Below are positions 1-9,635 of a stretch of DNA of 64,000 bases, in pieces. The DNA is taken from IMG/VR virus record IMGVR_UViG_3300021400_005359. The stretch is one strand, 5' to 3'. This stretch comes from an uncultured virus (IMG/VR IMGVR_UViG_3300021400_005359). Its lineage: Duplodnaviria > Heunggongvirae > Uroviricota > Caudoviricetes. The notes beneath the pieces are model-generated. The model did no database searches. It was not told the origin of the DNA and saw nothing but the letters and a program-made list of their open reading frames with translations. Positions within the stretch are counted from its first letter, which is position 1. Each line of letters starts with the position of its first letter. Made by a program: the position numbers and the translations under genes.

Positions 1-496
1 TCATATTAGAGCCAAGAGTAGAAGAAATCTCTTGAGCTCTCTTCATATCTACATCAAAAGAATGTGAATCATTTTTATCTCTGTCATATGAAGGAAAACT
101 ATAAACAAGTCCAGTATCTGTAAGATTTTTACCACCAAATTTATCATCACCTTCAGCTATTGCATCATTTAATTTAAATGGGTCAGCTCCTGCTACTAAT
201 GCAGAATAAACTGTCCAGTCAAGATATTTTTGATTTCCCTTTGTTTTCTTTTTTAATTGTTTTGCTTCATAAGAATCTCCCATACTGTTAGAATCTTCGT
301 GAACATTAACATTTAATGTTCCAGTCGAATCCCAAGTAGATGTTATCATCCAGGAATCGTGACCACCAACTGCTGAACCTTGAATACCAGCATATACAGG
401 AGTTGGAGCCATAATATCTAATGGTAAAAATGAGAAGATAATTATAAAGCATACAATTTTAAAAAATATAGATTTTTTTAAATTATGAATCTTCAC
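1..496 (-). CDS. Secreted/membrane protein of the conjugation cluster (N-terminal part; runs off window edge)
   Basis: Not in the ORF track. GGAGG RBS, then GTG at 496, reading MKIHNLKKSIFFKIVCFIIIFSFLPLDIMAPTPVYA (signal peptide); frame appears open to the window start; directly downstream of virB4. Confidence 0.7.
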   Translation of the reverse strand, partial: MKIHNLKKSIFFKIVCFIIIFSFLPLDIMAPTPVYAGIQGSAVGGHDSWMITSTWDSTGTLNVNVHEDSNSMGDSYEAKQLKKKTKGNQKYLDWTVYSALVAGADPFKLNDAIAEGDDKFGGKNLTDTGLVYSFPSYDRDKNDSHSFDVDMKRAQEISSTLGSNM

Positions 497-603
497 ATTA
501 AAAACCCTCCTTAAAGATTTATTAAATATAAGAATAAACTTCTCTTATTTTTATGTTATGCTTTACTATTCTTTCTTATAAAAAATAAATCTTATATTTA
601 CTT

Positions 604-2631
604 TTAATAATATTTTTTAGTTATTAAATCCATTTCATACTTAAATGGATAAGCAAGAGCAACAGAAGATTCACCTTTACATCTAATAAGCATTTCTCCT
701 CTTTTAGCTGTAAGAAGGAATAACTTTTCACCTTCTGAAAGTCTAAATGTCTCTTTTACTGCTTCAATATCTGTTGAAGACTGCTGTAAGAAAATATTAA
801 CAACAGCGTTTGTAAGAACTGCCTTACCTTGAGGGTTGTCAGCAAATTCAATAAAGTTCTGTGAAGCAACTAAAAGTCCACCATTTCTTTTTCTTATACG
901 TCTTGATGTATTCTCAAGGAACTGAGCAGTAAATTCACATCCAGCCATATTCTTATTCATAAGCATCCAAGCTTCGTCACAAATAATTCTCTTCTTTATA
1001 TCAGGATTCTTCTTTATGAATTTCTCCCAAGTCCAAGTAAGAGAAATATACATTCCGATAGGTCTTAAGATAGATTCTTCAAGCTGTGATACATCAAATG
1101 AAATAATAGGCATATCAAAGAAACCTACAAGGTCTTTAGATGTTTGTCTATCAAATAAATCGTAAATACCACCCTTACAGAACATCTTCATAGTATTAGC
1201 AATTTTCTTAATACTATCATTGTTTTCTCTATCAGCATAAGCTGTTAAAAGTCTATTAAAATCGGATAAAGTAGGCATAGGTTTTTTAATATTATGAATC
1301 ATTTCACCTGTTTCAGGGTCAAAAGAAGCCTCATCACTCATAAGAGATTGAGGGTCTTCTGTGAAACCTTTTTCATCATACATCTGACCAAGAACAGAAG
1401 CAATAACTGATTTAGCTTCCTTATCAAGACCACCAACCATAACAGCTATAAGGTTTAAGTTATCAGCTATCTTAGATTTTATATCAACTCTCATAATCTT
1501 CATATCAGGGTCAAATTCTTCTTCAATATCAAAAGGATTAATACCTGTAGCTACGTTTGGAGCAAGTTTAATATAAGCTCCACCCATTTCACGAGTAAGG
1601 TTTTTATATTCACCTTCAGGGTCAATAATAACAGTTCTAATGTTCTTCAAAGCACTTCTTAAAGTAAGTAAACTTAAGAAGAATGATTTACCAGAACCAG
1701 CCTGTCCGAATACAGTAATGTTAGAGTTATTTAAAATACTTCTATCATAGAAGTCCATAAGTACAGGAGTAGCAGTTGCAGTATTTATTCCAAGGAAAAT
1801 TCCATCTTTGTGTGAAATTTCTGAATTGTAAAAAGGAAAGCAAGCTGTTAAAGCTCCTGTATTAAAGTTTCTAAGTCTATCTTTAATAAACATTTCTCCG
1901 ATAGGAAGAGTTGACTTATAACCTTCATCCTGTCTTAAATAAAGCTCATTAATATCAATTCTTCTACCTTTAAGTCTGTTAACTAAACGAGAAGATTGTT
2001 TGTTTAATTCTTCAAGAGAATTTTCATATAAAGAAGAGACAATCTGAATATGGAACAAGTTTTCATAATTTTGTTCCAAAGCTCTTCTTTGTGCATATAA
2101 CTGTTGAACAGTATCTTGTAATCTAGTAATATTCCTGATATTACCTTTTTGCTGTTCAACCATCAACTGTGCTTCGAACTGAGTAATTTTATTAGTTAAT
2201 TCATCAAGAGCTCCTCTTTCGTCAGCAGGAACAATAAACAAAGAAGTATCCATATTTCCATTAAAATTAAAGAGGTCATCGAGCCATCCAATTTGAACGA
2301 GTGATGGGAAACCATTAACACAGAAAGACCTAACATACTTATTAGATACAGTTATATGGTCTTCAGCAGACCTATCAAATCCAGATGGAGCAATGAAATC
2401 TTTAATCTTTCTTGAACCAGAAAGAAGAACTTCTTCTTCATCTTTTTCAAATTTCTTTTCAACTTCTTTTACAACTTTCTTTTGACCATTTCTAGTCATC
2501 TGAAGTTCTTCCTGAAGTTCTTTTTTAGTAAGTTGAGCTTCTCTAGTCTCATTATTATTTTTCTTTTGAGCCTTCTGAGGAACTTGATTTCCTGTTTGAG
2601 GCATATTCTTATTCTTTTTCATTCCAAACAT
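604..2631 (-). CDS. virB4: VirB4-family (TraE/TrsE-like) conjugation ATPase
   Basis: Walker A GQAGSGKS, IIDPEGEY, INPFD, Walker B ICDEAW, RIRKRNGGLLVASQ; follows a PrgI-like gene. Confidence 0.92.
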   Translation of the reverse strand: MFGMKKNKNMPQTGNQVPQKAQKKNNNETREAQLTKKELQEELQMTRNGQKKVVKEVEKKFEKDEEEVLLSGSRKIKDFIAPSGFDRSAEDHITVSNKYVRSFCVNGFPSLVQIGWLDDLFNFNGNMDTSLFIVPADERGALDELTNKITQFEAQLMVEQQKGNIRNITRLQDTVQQLYAQRRALEQNYENLFHIQIVSSLYENSLEELNKQSSRLVNRLKGRRIDINELYLRQDEGYKSTLPIGEMFIKDRLRNFNTGALTACFPFYNSEISHKDGIFLGINTATATPVLMDFYDRSILNNSNITVFGQAGSGKSFFLSLLTLRSALKNIRTVIIDPEGEYKNLTREMGGAYIKLAPNVATGINPFDIEEEFDPDMKIMRVDIKSKIADNLNLIAVMVGGLDKEAKSVIASVLGQMYDEKGFTEDPQSLMSDEASFDPETGEMIHNIKKPMPTLSDFNRLLTAYADRENNDSIKKIANTMKMFCKGGIYDLFDRQTSKDLVGFFDMPIISFDVSQLEESILRPIGMYISLTWTWEKFIKKNPDIKKRIICDEAWMLMNKNMAGCEFTAQFLENTSRRIRKRNGGLLVASQNFIEFADNPQGKAVLTNAVVNIFLQQSSTDIEAVKETFRLSEGEKLFLLTAKRGEMLIRCKGESSVALAYPFKYEMDLITKKYY

Positions 2632-3614
2632 TATTCTTCACCCTCCTCAGCAACAGCTTCTTTTAACTTAACAACGATTTCATCAAGTCTATCTATTACT
2701 GCCTTGTAAAGTTCTTCGTCTTCAGTTTCTTTAATATCATCTCTACTTAAAATTTCATTTGTAATAATATTCTTAGCAACAAAAAGTGCATTTTCTGTTT
2801 TTGAAACATCATCAGAATCTGCAAGTTTATTTTTATTTACATAAGTTACCATTTCACCATTTTCTTGAACTGTCTGCATACCAACAATTAAAGAAGTATA
2901 CTCTCCAGTTAAAAGATGTTCAAAATTAGAATAATCATCTCTATGATAAGTTGAATAAATAAGCTCTAAAAGTCCAGCAGTATCAAGCTCCCAAGCTTTA
3001 ATACCGAGTCCAGAAAGACCTTCAATAAGAGATTGAATTCTAATATTAATTTCACTAATAGCATAATCTCTCTTTTCATCATCATTAAGTTCATCCATAT
3101 CAACAGCTTCATCATAACCAACAATGATGTATTTATGCTTTTGTTTTGAATTACCTGTAAGTTCAGGTAAATGTCTCATTTCGTTATAAAAAATTTCTCC
3201 ATAATTTTTAAGTTGTGGAAAATTCGCAACTGTCTGATTAATACTTTCTTTAAGATTGTTTAAATAACTTTCCATATCAATTTCTCTTGTTTGAATATAA
3301 ATAGTAATAGGGAAAGAGAATGAGTTTAAGAATCTAGCAAAAGAAGCCTCAATCATTTCTTTTTCACCATCAGTTTTTAAGTGATAGTTAATAGAAGTAC
3401 ATTCAATTATCTTTCTATACTTATATCCACCAAGGTCAATCAAATTATCTCTAATTTCATCAAAAGGTAGATAATCCTGAGCACACTGAATTGTATCAGG
3501 ATTTTTTGCTACACCCTCTGCAGATTCATCTAAATTAGCCAGTGTTTTTTTAACCATAAATATTGCACCGCCAATAATAGCTGCAAATAATAAAATAACT
3601 ATAAAAAGTGCCAT
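2631..3614 (-). CDS. Membrane-anchored T4SS accessory protein (TrsD-like, between PrgI and VirB4)
   Basis: N-terminal TM; SINYHLK..EKE..F..FLNS..FPI.IYIQTR motif typical of genes preceding Gram-positive virB4; stop overlaps the virB4 start. Confidence 0.6.
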   Translation of the reverse strand: MALFIVILLFAAIIGGAIFMVKKTLANLDESAEGVAKNPDTIQCAQDYLPFDEIRDNLIDLGGYKYRKIIECTSINYHLKTDGEKEMIEASFARFLNSFSFPITIYIQTREIDMESYLNNLKESINQTVANFPQLKNYGEIFYNEMRHLPELTGNSKQKHKYIIVGYDEAVDMDELNDDEKRDYAISEINIRIQSLIEGLSGLGIKAWELDTAGLLELIYSTYHRDDYSNFEHLLTGEYTSLIVGMQTVQENGEMVTYVNKNKLADSDDVSKTENALFVAKNIITNEILSRDDIKETEDEELYKAVIDRLDEIVVKLKEAVAEEGEE

Positions 3615-3640
3615 AAAATTTTTCCTTTCTAAATTTATTT

Positions 3641-4078
3641 TTACATAATATGTCCAACTTCAAACATACCTTTTTTCTTGGACTTAGACATTGTCTTAGG
3701 TTGAGCTTTAATAGCTTGAACTCTTTTACTTACAGAATAATTCATTTCTGCAAGTTTATCTTTTTCTTCTTTTGTCATTCCTTCAAGTCTAATATTAGGA
3801 AGCTGTTTAGTTCTTGCTTTTTGCTGTCTTGAATACATAATAAACTGAAAAACAGTTAATTGATGTATCTTAACAAAACAAAAAATAAAAGCACCTATAA
3901 TCCCAGGAATGATACCTATTACAAGTCCTGCTTGTCCTAAAAAAAGTTTTAAGAAAAAGCCAAGTCCAACACCAAGAGCAAGACCAATTAATACCCAAAT
4001 AAGTTGAACAACGCTTAAAATACCTCCGATAACTTTTTCTTTTGCACTAGTATCGGGTGGTACAGGATAAGAAGCCAT
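3641..4078 (-). CDS. prgI: PrgI/VirB3-like membrane protein
   Basis: Y.VP.D...EKVIGG.LS..QL motif followed by two TM helices, upstream of virB4. Confidence 0.8.
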   Translation of the reverse strand: MASYPVPPDTSAKEKVIGGILSVVQLIWVLIGLALGVGLGFFLKLFLGQAGLVIGIIPGIIGAFIFCFVKIHQLTVFQFIMYSRQQKARTKQLPNIRLEGMTKEEKDKLAEMNYSVSKRVQAIKAQPKTMSKSKKKGMFEVGHIM

Positions 4079-4224
4079 AAATATTACCTCCTTTAGTGTG
4101 ATAACAATAAATGTTTAAATTTATCTCTCTTATATTACAAAACTAGACTCAAAAAAATTTTAAAAAAAGGCACTATAAAAGAGGAGTAGCTTCTAAAAGC
4201 GACTCCTCTTTTTGTATTTTTAAT

Positions 4225-4671
4225 TTATTTAAATAAGTTAAATCCAAACGAAACAAGTGTTAAAGTAGCTCCAGATATTACAGCTCCTATACCAGTCCAT
4301 AAGAGACCTGCTTGTACATTCTTTCTTGCTTGAGGATTTGCTGCAGTTGTTGAAAGTTTCATAAAAGCAAACATAAACATAAGGACAAATGTAAGTAAGG
4401 AAATTCCTGATATACCAATAATAAGTCCTTTATACTCTGTAAAAATTTTATTCCAAAATTTTTGTTCTGGATTACCAGAAGCTTCTGCTACGTGTAAATG
4501 CATATCTGTATTATCTAATAAACCAGACTCAGAAGATGCTTCAAATTTGAAAGAGTCTATAACATCTTCAACAGATGCTCCTGGAACAGGAGTAGCAAAA
4601 ACACTTCTTGGAAAGAATAATAAACAAAAAATTAAAAATATGAAACTTAATAAAATCTTTTTTGTATTCAT
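4225..4671 (-). CDS. VirB2/TrbC-like conjugative pilin precursor
   Basis: Signal peptide, then two TM helices joined by a basic loop (AANPQARKNV); paralogue of 40151..40636. Confidence 0.55.
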   Translation of the reverse strand: MNTKKILLSFIFLIFCLLFFPRSVFATPVPGASVEDVIDSFKFEASSESGLLDNTDMHLHVAEASGNPEQKFWNKIFTEYKGLIIGISGISLLTFVLMFMFAFMKLSTTAANPQARKNVQAGLLWTGIGAVISGATLTLVSFGFNLFK

Positions 4672-4752
4672 AAATAACTCCTTTTTTATTTTTTAATATT
4701 TTTTATTTATTAAATTATACTTTAAATGTGTATTTGTTATTCTAATAAATAA

Positions 4753-5232
4753 TTACATATATTCAGTTTTGTAAATCCAGAATCCAGAGAAAGAAGCTCT
4801 ATGAGACATATCATATCCACTACTTATTCCTGAAGTTACTCTTCTAGAAAAAATAGGACAATACGTAACATATCCAGTTACTACTCCCTGTTTATTAAAA
4901 TCAACAGCTCCAGGAAGGTCTACTCTTGCATTTGTAGCAATTGATGAAAATCTTGAAAAGCCTTGAGTAAAATAACTTTCACATTCTCCTCTTGTAATAT
5001 AACGCTGATTCATTACTTGTCCCCAGTCTGTTGGAGCTCCATTATTAAAACCACCTTGAACAGTAGCAATATTTGCTAAAACATCTACTCTATTTATTAA
5101 AGTTGTTCTAACCATAGTTAAATTCACTATGTCTAAAATTGCACAAATAGCAACAATAGTCATAAAAAGAATAGTTGTCCAAGTAAGACTAGAATAACCT
5201 CTATTATTGTTTTTTAATTTAAATAAAAACAT
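4753..5232 (-). CDS. TadE/TadG-like pseudopilin
   Basis: Short basic leader KLKNNNRG| followed by a hydrophobic helix (class III signal-like); within the tad cluster. Confidence 0.6.
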   Translation of the reverse strand: MFLFKLKNNNRGYSSLTWTTILFMTIVAICAILDIVNLTMVRTTLINRVDVLANIATVQGGFNNGAPTDWGQVMNQRYITRGECESYFTQGFSRFSSIATNARVDLPGAVDFNKQGVVTGYVTYCPIFSRRVTSGISSGYDMSHRASFSGFWIYKTEYM

Positions 5233-5247
5233 ATCTCTTATCCCTCC

Positions 5248-5778
5248 TTAACCATTCAAATATAAAGAATAAAATCTTTCCGACAAATTATAACTTCTTA
5301 CTCCTGAAAGGAAAGGAAAAACTCTTGAACTAAAAAACCAAGGTTGTTGAATATTTAAATTTATCTTATGTTCAACTCCATATCCATAACTTATACTTCC
5401 ATATCCTGTTTTTTCAGAATTTTTGTATCCATCATCACAACCATTAGTACCCATTATATTAGGAACATCATCACAAGATAAAGACCAAGTTCCCTTATTT
5501 CCATTAATACCAAATCTTCTAAGAGACCTTCCTATATAGTTGTAGAAATCTCTATTACTCCAAATTGTAGCTCCGTCACCACCTTGACCTCTGAAACCTC
5601 CTTGAAATGAAAGTTTTTCAGCCATATAAGCCATTTGATGAGACATAGTTAGCATTTCAATTCCAAGCATACAAACATCTAAAGCAAAGGTAAAAACACA
5701 AAAAAGAACAAGAAGCATCCAACCTCTTTGCCAACTTGTAAAAGCTCCTGTATTATTATTTTTTAATTTTCTAAGCAT
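5248..5778 (-). CDS. TadE-like pseudopilin
   Basis: Leader MLRKLKNNNTG|, hydrophobic helix, then a QGGF motif shared with the adjacent 4753..5232. Confidence 0.6.
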   Translation of the reverse strand: MLRKLKNNNTGAFTSWQRGWMLLVLFCVFTFALDVCMLGIEMLTMSHQMAYMAEKLSFQGGFRGQGGDGATIWSNRDFYNYIGRSLRRFGINGNKGTWSLSCDDVPNIMGTNGCDDGYKNSEKTGYGSISYGYGVEHKINLNIQQPWFFSSRVFPFLSGVRSYNLSERFYSLYLNG

Positions 5779-5892
5779 AATAATATACCTCGATTAATTA
5801 TTTTTTATATTAAATTATATTAAAAAGAAAAACCCTTAATAATAAAAACATTTTTAAACATAAAAAAATAGGAGTAAACACTCCTATTTTTA

Positions 5893-6834
5893 TTACATTG
5901 AAGGCATTCCGTTTCCAGAAAGCATATCCAAAGCATTCATAAGTGTTGGAAGAGCAAGGACAACCATATTTATAAGAAGCAAAGGCATCTGAATAATCTG
6001 TCCCATCATTTTTCTTTTACCAACTTTCATAACAAATTGGTTTTTCTGAAGTTCAGCAATTTTATCAGCCTGAGCAAGGAAACCATCTTTAGCATTACCA
6101 CCTTGTTCAAGAGTAAGTCTAATAAGAGATACGAATTCCTTAACATCAAACAAATCAACTGTATTCTTCATTCTTTCCAAAGCATAATCTACTGATTTAT
6201 TTTCACAATCAATAACGAATGTTTTAAGTATTGGATTCCAAGCTTCTCCTACATACTTAATAGAGTCTGTAATTGATTGAACAAGAGGAATATCTGCAGA
6301 AAGATATCCTGATACAATCCTGATAAAGTCAGGGAACTCAGAGAAAAGTTCATCGTTCAAATTTTTAACATTTGATTTAAGCCAAGCTTCAAGTCCAAAA
6401 GCCATAGCAGCGGCAATAACAATAAAAAATATGTTAATTGGAGTAGATTGTACAAGTCCAAATAAAAACATTGGAACAGCAATACACCTAAGACCCCAAA
6501 CAGCTCCTATGAAACTTTCAGGAGTAAAAGTATCATCCCATCCAACAAATTCCAAATCTTTTTTAACTTTTGCATAATCAAGTTTTATAAGACCAGGCAA
6601 AAGTCTTTGAAGTCTAGGTATAATATTTTTATTAGTAGTATCAGCAAGATTGTCCAAAAGACTTGAAGATTTAAGTTCCTGAGAATTCTTAAGTTTTTTA
6701 AACTGATTAAGTCTTCTTTGTTTGGCTGTATCATCGATAGTATCAAACAAAAGATTTATCATATTTTTACCAATACTAAAAAGTAAAAGTATTACAACTA
6801 AAACAAAAAACACACTATAAATTTTAAATCCCAT
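5893..6834 (-). CDS. tadC: TadC-like pilus platform protein (T2SS F domain)
   Basis: TM segments plus FPDFIRIVSGYLSADIPLVQSI...LEQGG; follows tadB. Confidence 0.8.
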   Translation of the reverse strand: MGFKIYSVFFVLVVILLLFSIGKNMINLLFDTIDDTAKQRRLNQFKKLKNSQELKSSSLLDNLADTTNKNIIPRLQRLLPGLIKLDYAKVKKDLEFVGWDDTFTPESFIGAVWGLRCIAVPMFLFGLVQSTPINIFFIVIAAAMAFGLEAWLKSNVKNLNDELFSEFPDFIRIVSGYLSADIPLVQSITDSIKYVGEAWNPILKTFVIDCENKSVDYALERMKNTVDLFDVKEFVSLIRLTLEQGGNAKDGFLAQADKIAELQKNQFVMKVGKRKMMGQIIQMPLLLINMVVLALPTLMNALDMLSGNGMPSM

Positions 6835-6845
6835 AAAAACCTCCC

Positions 6846-7859
6846 TTATTTCTTCCTATCTTGTGATTCAAGCGATTGCTTAGGTTTCGTATATTTCTTC
6901 TCCAAAGGAGCACCAATAACCTTATTAATAAACACAATAATACCTAAAATAGCAAGAGTACATATAGTAAGAACTACTTGCCCTAGTAGTTGATGGAACA
7001 TAAAATCTGTATATCCATCCATAAACACAACACCAAATCCTACAAATAAAGGATAAGCAAGAACCATCATATAACTATCACGAACAGGTTCAGAAATCTG
7101 TTCCTTAAGAAACATTTTTAACTTTCTATTTTCTTCGTATTGCTGATAAGCTTGTCCTAAAAGTTTTTTACGAACCTCATCAGTACCAAGTAAATAAGCA
7201 ATTTTATAGTAATCAGCTAAAAGACCCATATATTTATTAGATGTTCTAATAGCTAAATTGTCTAACGCTTCAGGAATAGAAAGACCTACACTAATTTCTG
7301 AAACAGTTTTTGAAAGTTCTGTATATAAAGGCTCTGTTCCGTAGAATTCTTTTGCAGTATTAATAATAGCTTTTTCAAAGTCTTCAGTATACTCATATCT
7401 TTTTATAACCATGTTCATAAATGGTCCAAGTTGAGTCTCTAACTTTTCTACTCTTTTTGTTTTTATCATTCCAAGAATTTGTTTAGGGAAATTATATCCA
7501 AGAACTGCAAATGCAATACCCATAAAAACATTTCCGATAAGGAAAGTAAAAATACTGAACATTATAAATGCTACACCAATAGAAATAAGGATAAAATCAC
7601 TATATCCCCAATCAAAACCTGCATTTTGACAAAGTATTTCTATTTCTTCTCTTTTTGTATATTCTATTTTCTTATCTGTGTAATCCTTAAATCTAAGTCT
7701 AAATGTGTTAGCTGAAAAATCTTTTGCTTGTTTTTTTCTAAGTTTAAATATTTCCGATTTTCCAGAAGACATAAATAGATTGGAATAAATAATTGTTCCA
7801 ATCATAAATAACATAAAAGGACCAACAGCTATTAAAGGAGCACTCAATACAATATCCAT
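6846..7859 (-). CDS. tadB: TadB-like pilus platform protein
   Basis: TM pair, EPLYTEL...EISVGLSIPEALDNLA, C-terminal TMs; follows cpaF. Confidence 0.8.
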   Translation of the reverse strand: MDIVLSAPLIAVGPFMLFMIGTIIYSNLFMSSGKSEIFKLRKKQAKDFSANTFRLRFKDYTDKKIEYTKREEIEILCQNAGFDWGYSDFILISIGVAFIMFSIFTFLIGNVFMGIAFAVLGYNFPKQILGMIKTKRVEKLETQLGPFMNMVIKRYEYTEDFEKAIINTAKEFYGTEPLYTELSKTVSEISVGLSIPEALDNLAIRTSNKYMGLLADYYKIAYLLGTDEVRKKLLGQAYQQYEENRKLKMFLKEQISEPVRDSYMMVLAYPLFVGFGVVFMDGYTDFMFHQLLGQVVLTICTLAILGIIVFINKVIGAPLEKKYTKPKQSLESQDRKK

Positions 7860-7967
7860 CCTTTCACAAAGATTAATCTCTCTTATAATATAACAATGAT
7901 ATTTCTTTAATTTAAAAATTAAGTTTTAACGACAAAAAAGGAAGCTTATAAAAGCTTCCTTTTATAT

Positions 7968-9635
7968 TTACTCAGAATCTTTATTATCTCCCTCTTCATT
8001 ATTTCTTTCATTTATAGAAACAAATTTCTGAAGCTTTTGAGTTCTTCTTTGCATATCTTCAATCTCTTTAACTTTATTAAGCTCACTTACAAGAGCAGCA
8101 TTCACAGAACTTGAAGTATTTTCTTCTCTCTTTTTCATTCTTGCAAGCTCTCTAGCTTTCATCTTCTCTTCGTGTTCCTTATTATATCTTTCTTGTCTTT
8201 CTGCTTTTTCTCTATAATAAGTTTCATTAAGTTCATCAATAGCCTTCTTCTCAACTTCAGGGTCATCAGTTTCCATCCATTTTATAACTCTTGACTTAGG
8301 AACACCTCTACGCATCAAGTTTCTACATTTTTCAGGAGCAATTCTCTTGTACCAAACCCAATCTTCTTTCATAAAGTCATAAAGCATAAGGTCAGTAAGT
8401 TTAGTACGCTTCTGTACATCATCGAACTCAACTTCTGTTATATAAGTAACTTTTCTTCCGATTCCTTCAATATTATCTTGAACAGCAATAAAGTCTACCG
8501 CTGAACCAATAATACGTTCTACAACGTCGATACCAAGAGCAGGCATCATCATAAGGTACTTAGTAACAAGACGGTTAATAGCGTTAATAGGTTTACCAGC
8601 ATGCATTGTAAAAATTGTACTGTGTCCAGTTTCCATACCTTCTACAGCAGCTTGAGCTTCCTCAGCACGAACTTCACCTACAACAATATACTTAGGCTTT
8701 AAACGAAGAGCTGTAATAATAAGTTTATAAAGAGGAATATCCGCTTTAGGGTCTTCAGCTCTACAGCTTACAAGTTCAAGTGTATGGTCATTCTTAGGGA
8801 AAAGTTCCTGTGTATCTTCACAAACAAGCATTCTCTTATTATTCAAAGTTACATAATGGTCAATAAGAGCACGAATAGTTGTTGTTTTACCTGTACCAGT
8901 AATTCCAGCATAAATAATATTTGATTCTCCGTCTATGGTAAGTCCAAAAAATTCAGAAATTTCTTCATTCAAAACTCCACCATATAAAAGGTCATCAAGC
9001 ATAATGTGGTCTTCTCTGTGTTTTCTTAATGTCATAGAATAATCTTTAGGACTAACAGCAGGGGAAGTAGCACATCCTCTATCTCCATAAAGCTCAAAGT
9101 CAACGATTTTACTATCACCGATATTAATTTCCTTACCAGCTTTTCTTATGAAACGCTCAACTACATCTTTATAATGTTCCTTACTTCTAAATGTTTTTTC
9201 ATACTTAACATTCTTTCCAGCTCTTTCAACATAAATTTTGTTCCAAGCAAGGCAATAAATATCATCTACATCTGGGTCATTAAAAGCATCTTCAAGAACA
9301 GAATAACCTGAATATTCACTAACCATATCATTAATGAAATCATTAAGTTTTTCTCCACTATAGCCTCTAACACTTATATTTTTTTGTAAAATACAGTCCG
9401 AAACAAACTTTCTACATCTTTCTTTCTCAGCTCTTAAATCTGCTTTAGTTAAGTTTCTATTAGAAGAAAGAGCTCCATCATTAACTGTCATTTCAAGGAT
9501 TTTTCTTTCAGAAAGGTAATCTACAACTATTTTCTCAGCTTCATCGTAATCAATAACTTCGTTTGCTTTAGAAGTATTATTATTAGATATTTTTACAATA
9601 TCTTTTCTATATGAAACAAATGATTTGTCTGTCAT
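7968..9635 (-). CDS. cpaF: CpaF/TadA pilus assembly ATPase
   Basis: Walker A GITGTGKTT, EDTQEL Asp box, ALRLKPKYIVVGEVR, TGH..TMHA His box. Confidence 0.92.
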   Translation of the reverse strand: MTDKSFVSYRKDIVKISNNNTSKANEVIDYDEAEKIVVDYLSERKILEMTVNDGALSSNRNLTKADLRAEKERCRKFVSDCILQKNISVRGYSGEKLNDFINDMVSEYSGYSVLEDAFNDPDVDDIYCLAWNKIYVERAGKNVKYEKTFRSKEHYKDVVERFIRKAGKEINIGDSKIVDFELYGDRGCATSPAVSPKDYSMTLRKHREDHIMLDDLLYGGVLNEEISEFFGLTIDGESNIIYAGITGTGKTTTIRALIDHYVTLNNKRMLVCEDTQELFPKNDHTLELVSCRAEDPKADIPLYKLIITALRLKPKYIVVGEVRAEEAQAAVEGMETGHSTIFTMHAGKPINAINRLVTKYLMMMPALGIDVVERIIGSAVDFIAVQDNIEGIGRKVTYITEVEFDDVQKRTKLTDLMLYDFMKEDWVWYKRIAPEKCRNLMRRGVPKSRVIKWMETDDPEVEKKAIDELNETYYREKAERQERYNKEHEEKMKARELARMKKREENTSSSVNAALVSELNKVKEIEDMQRRTQKLQKFVSINERNNEEGDNKDSE

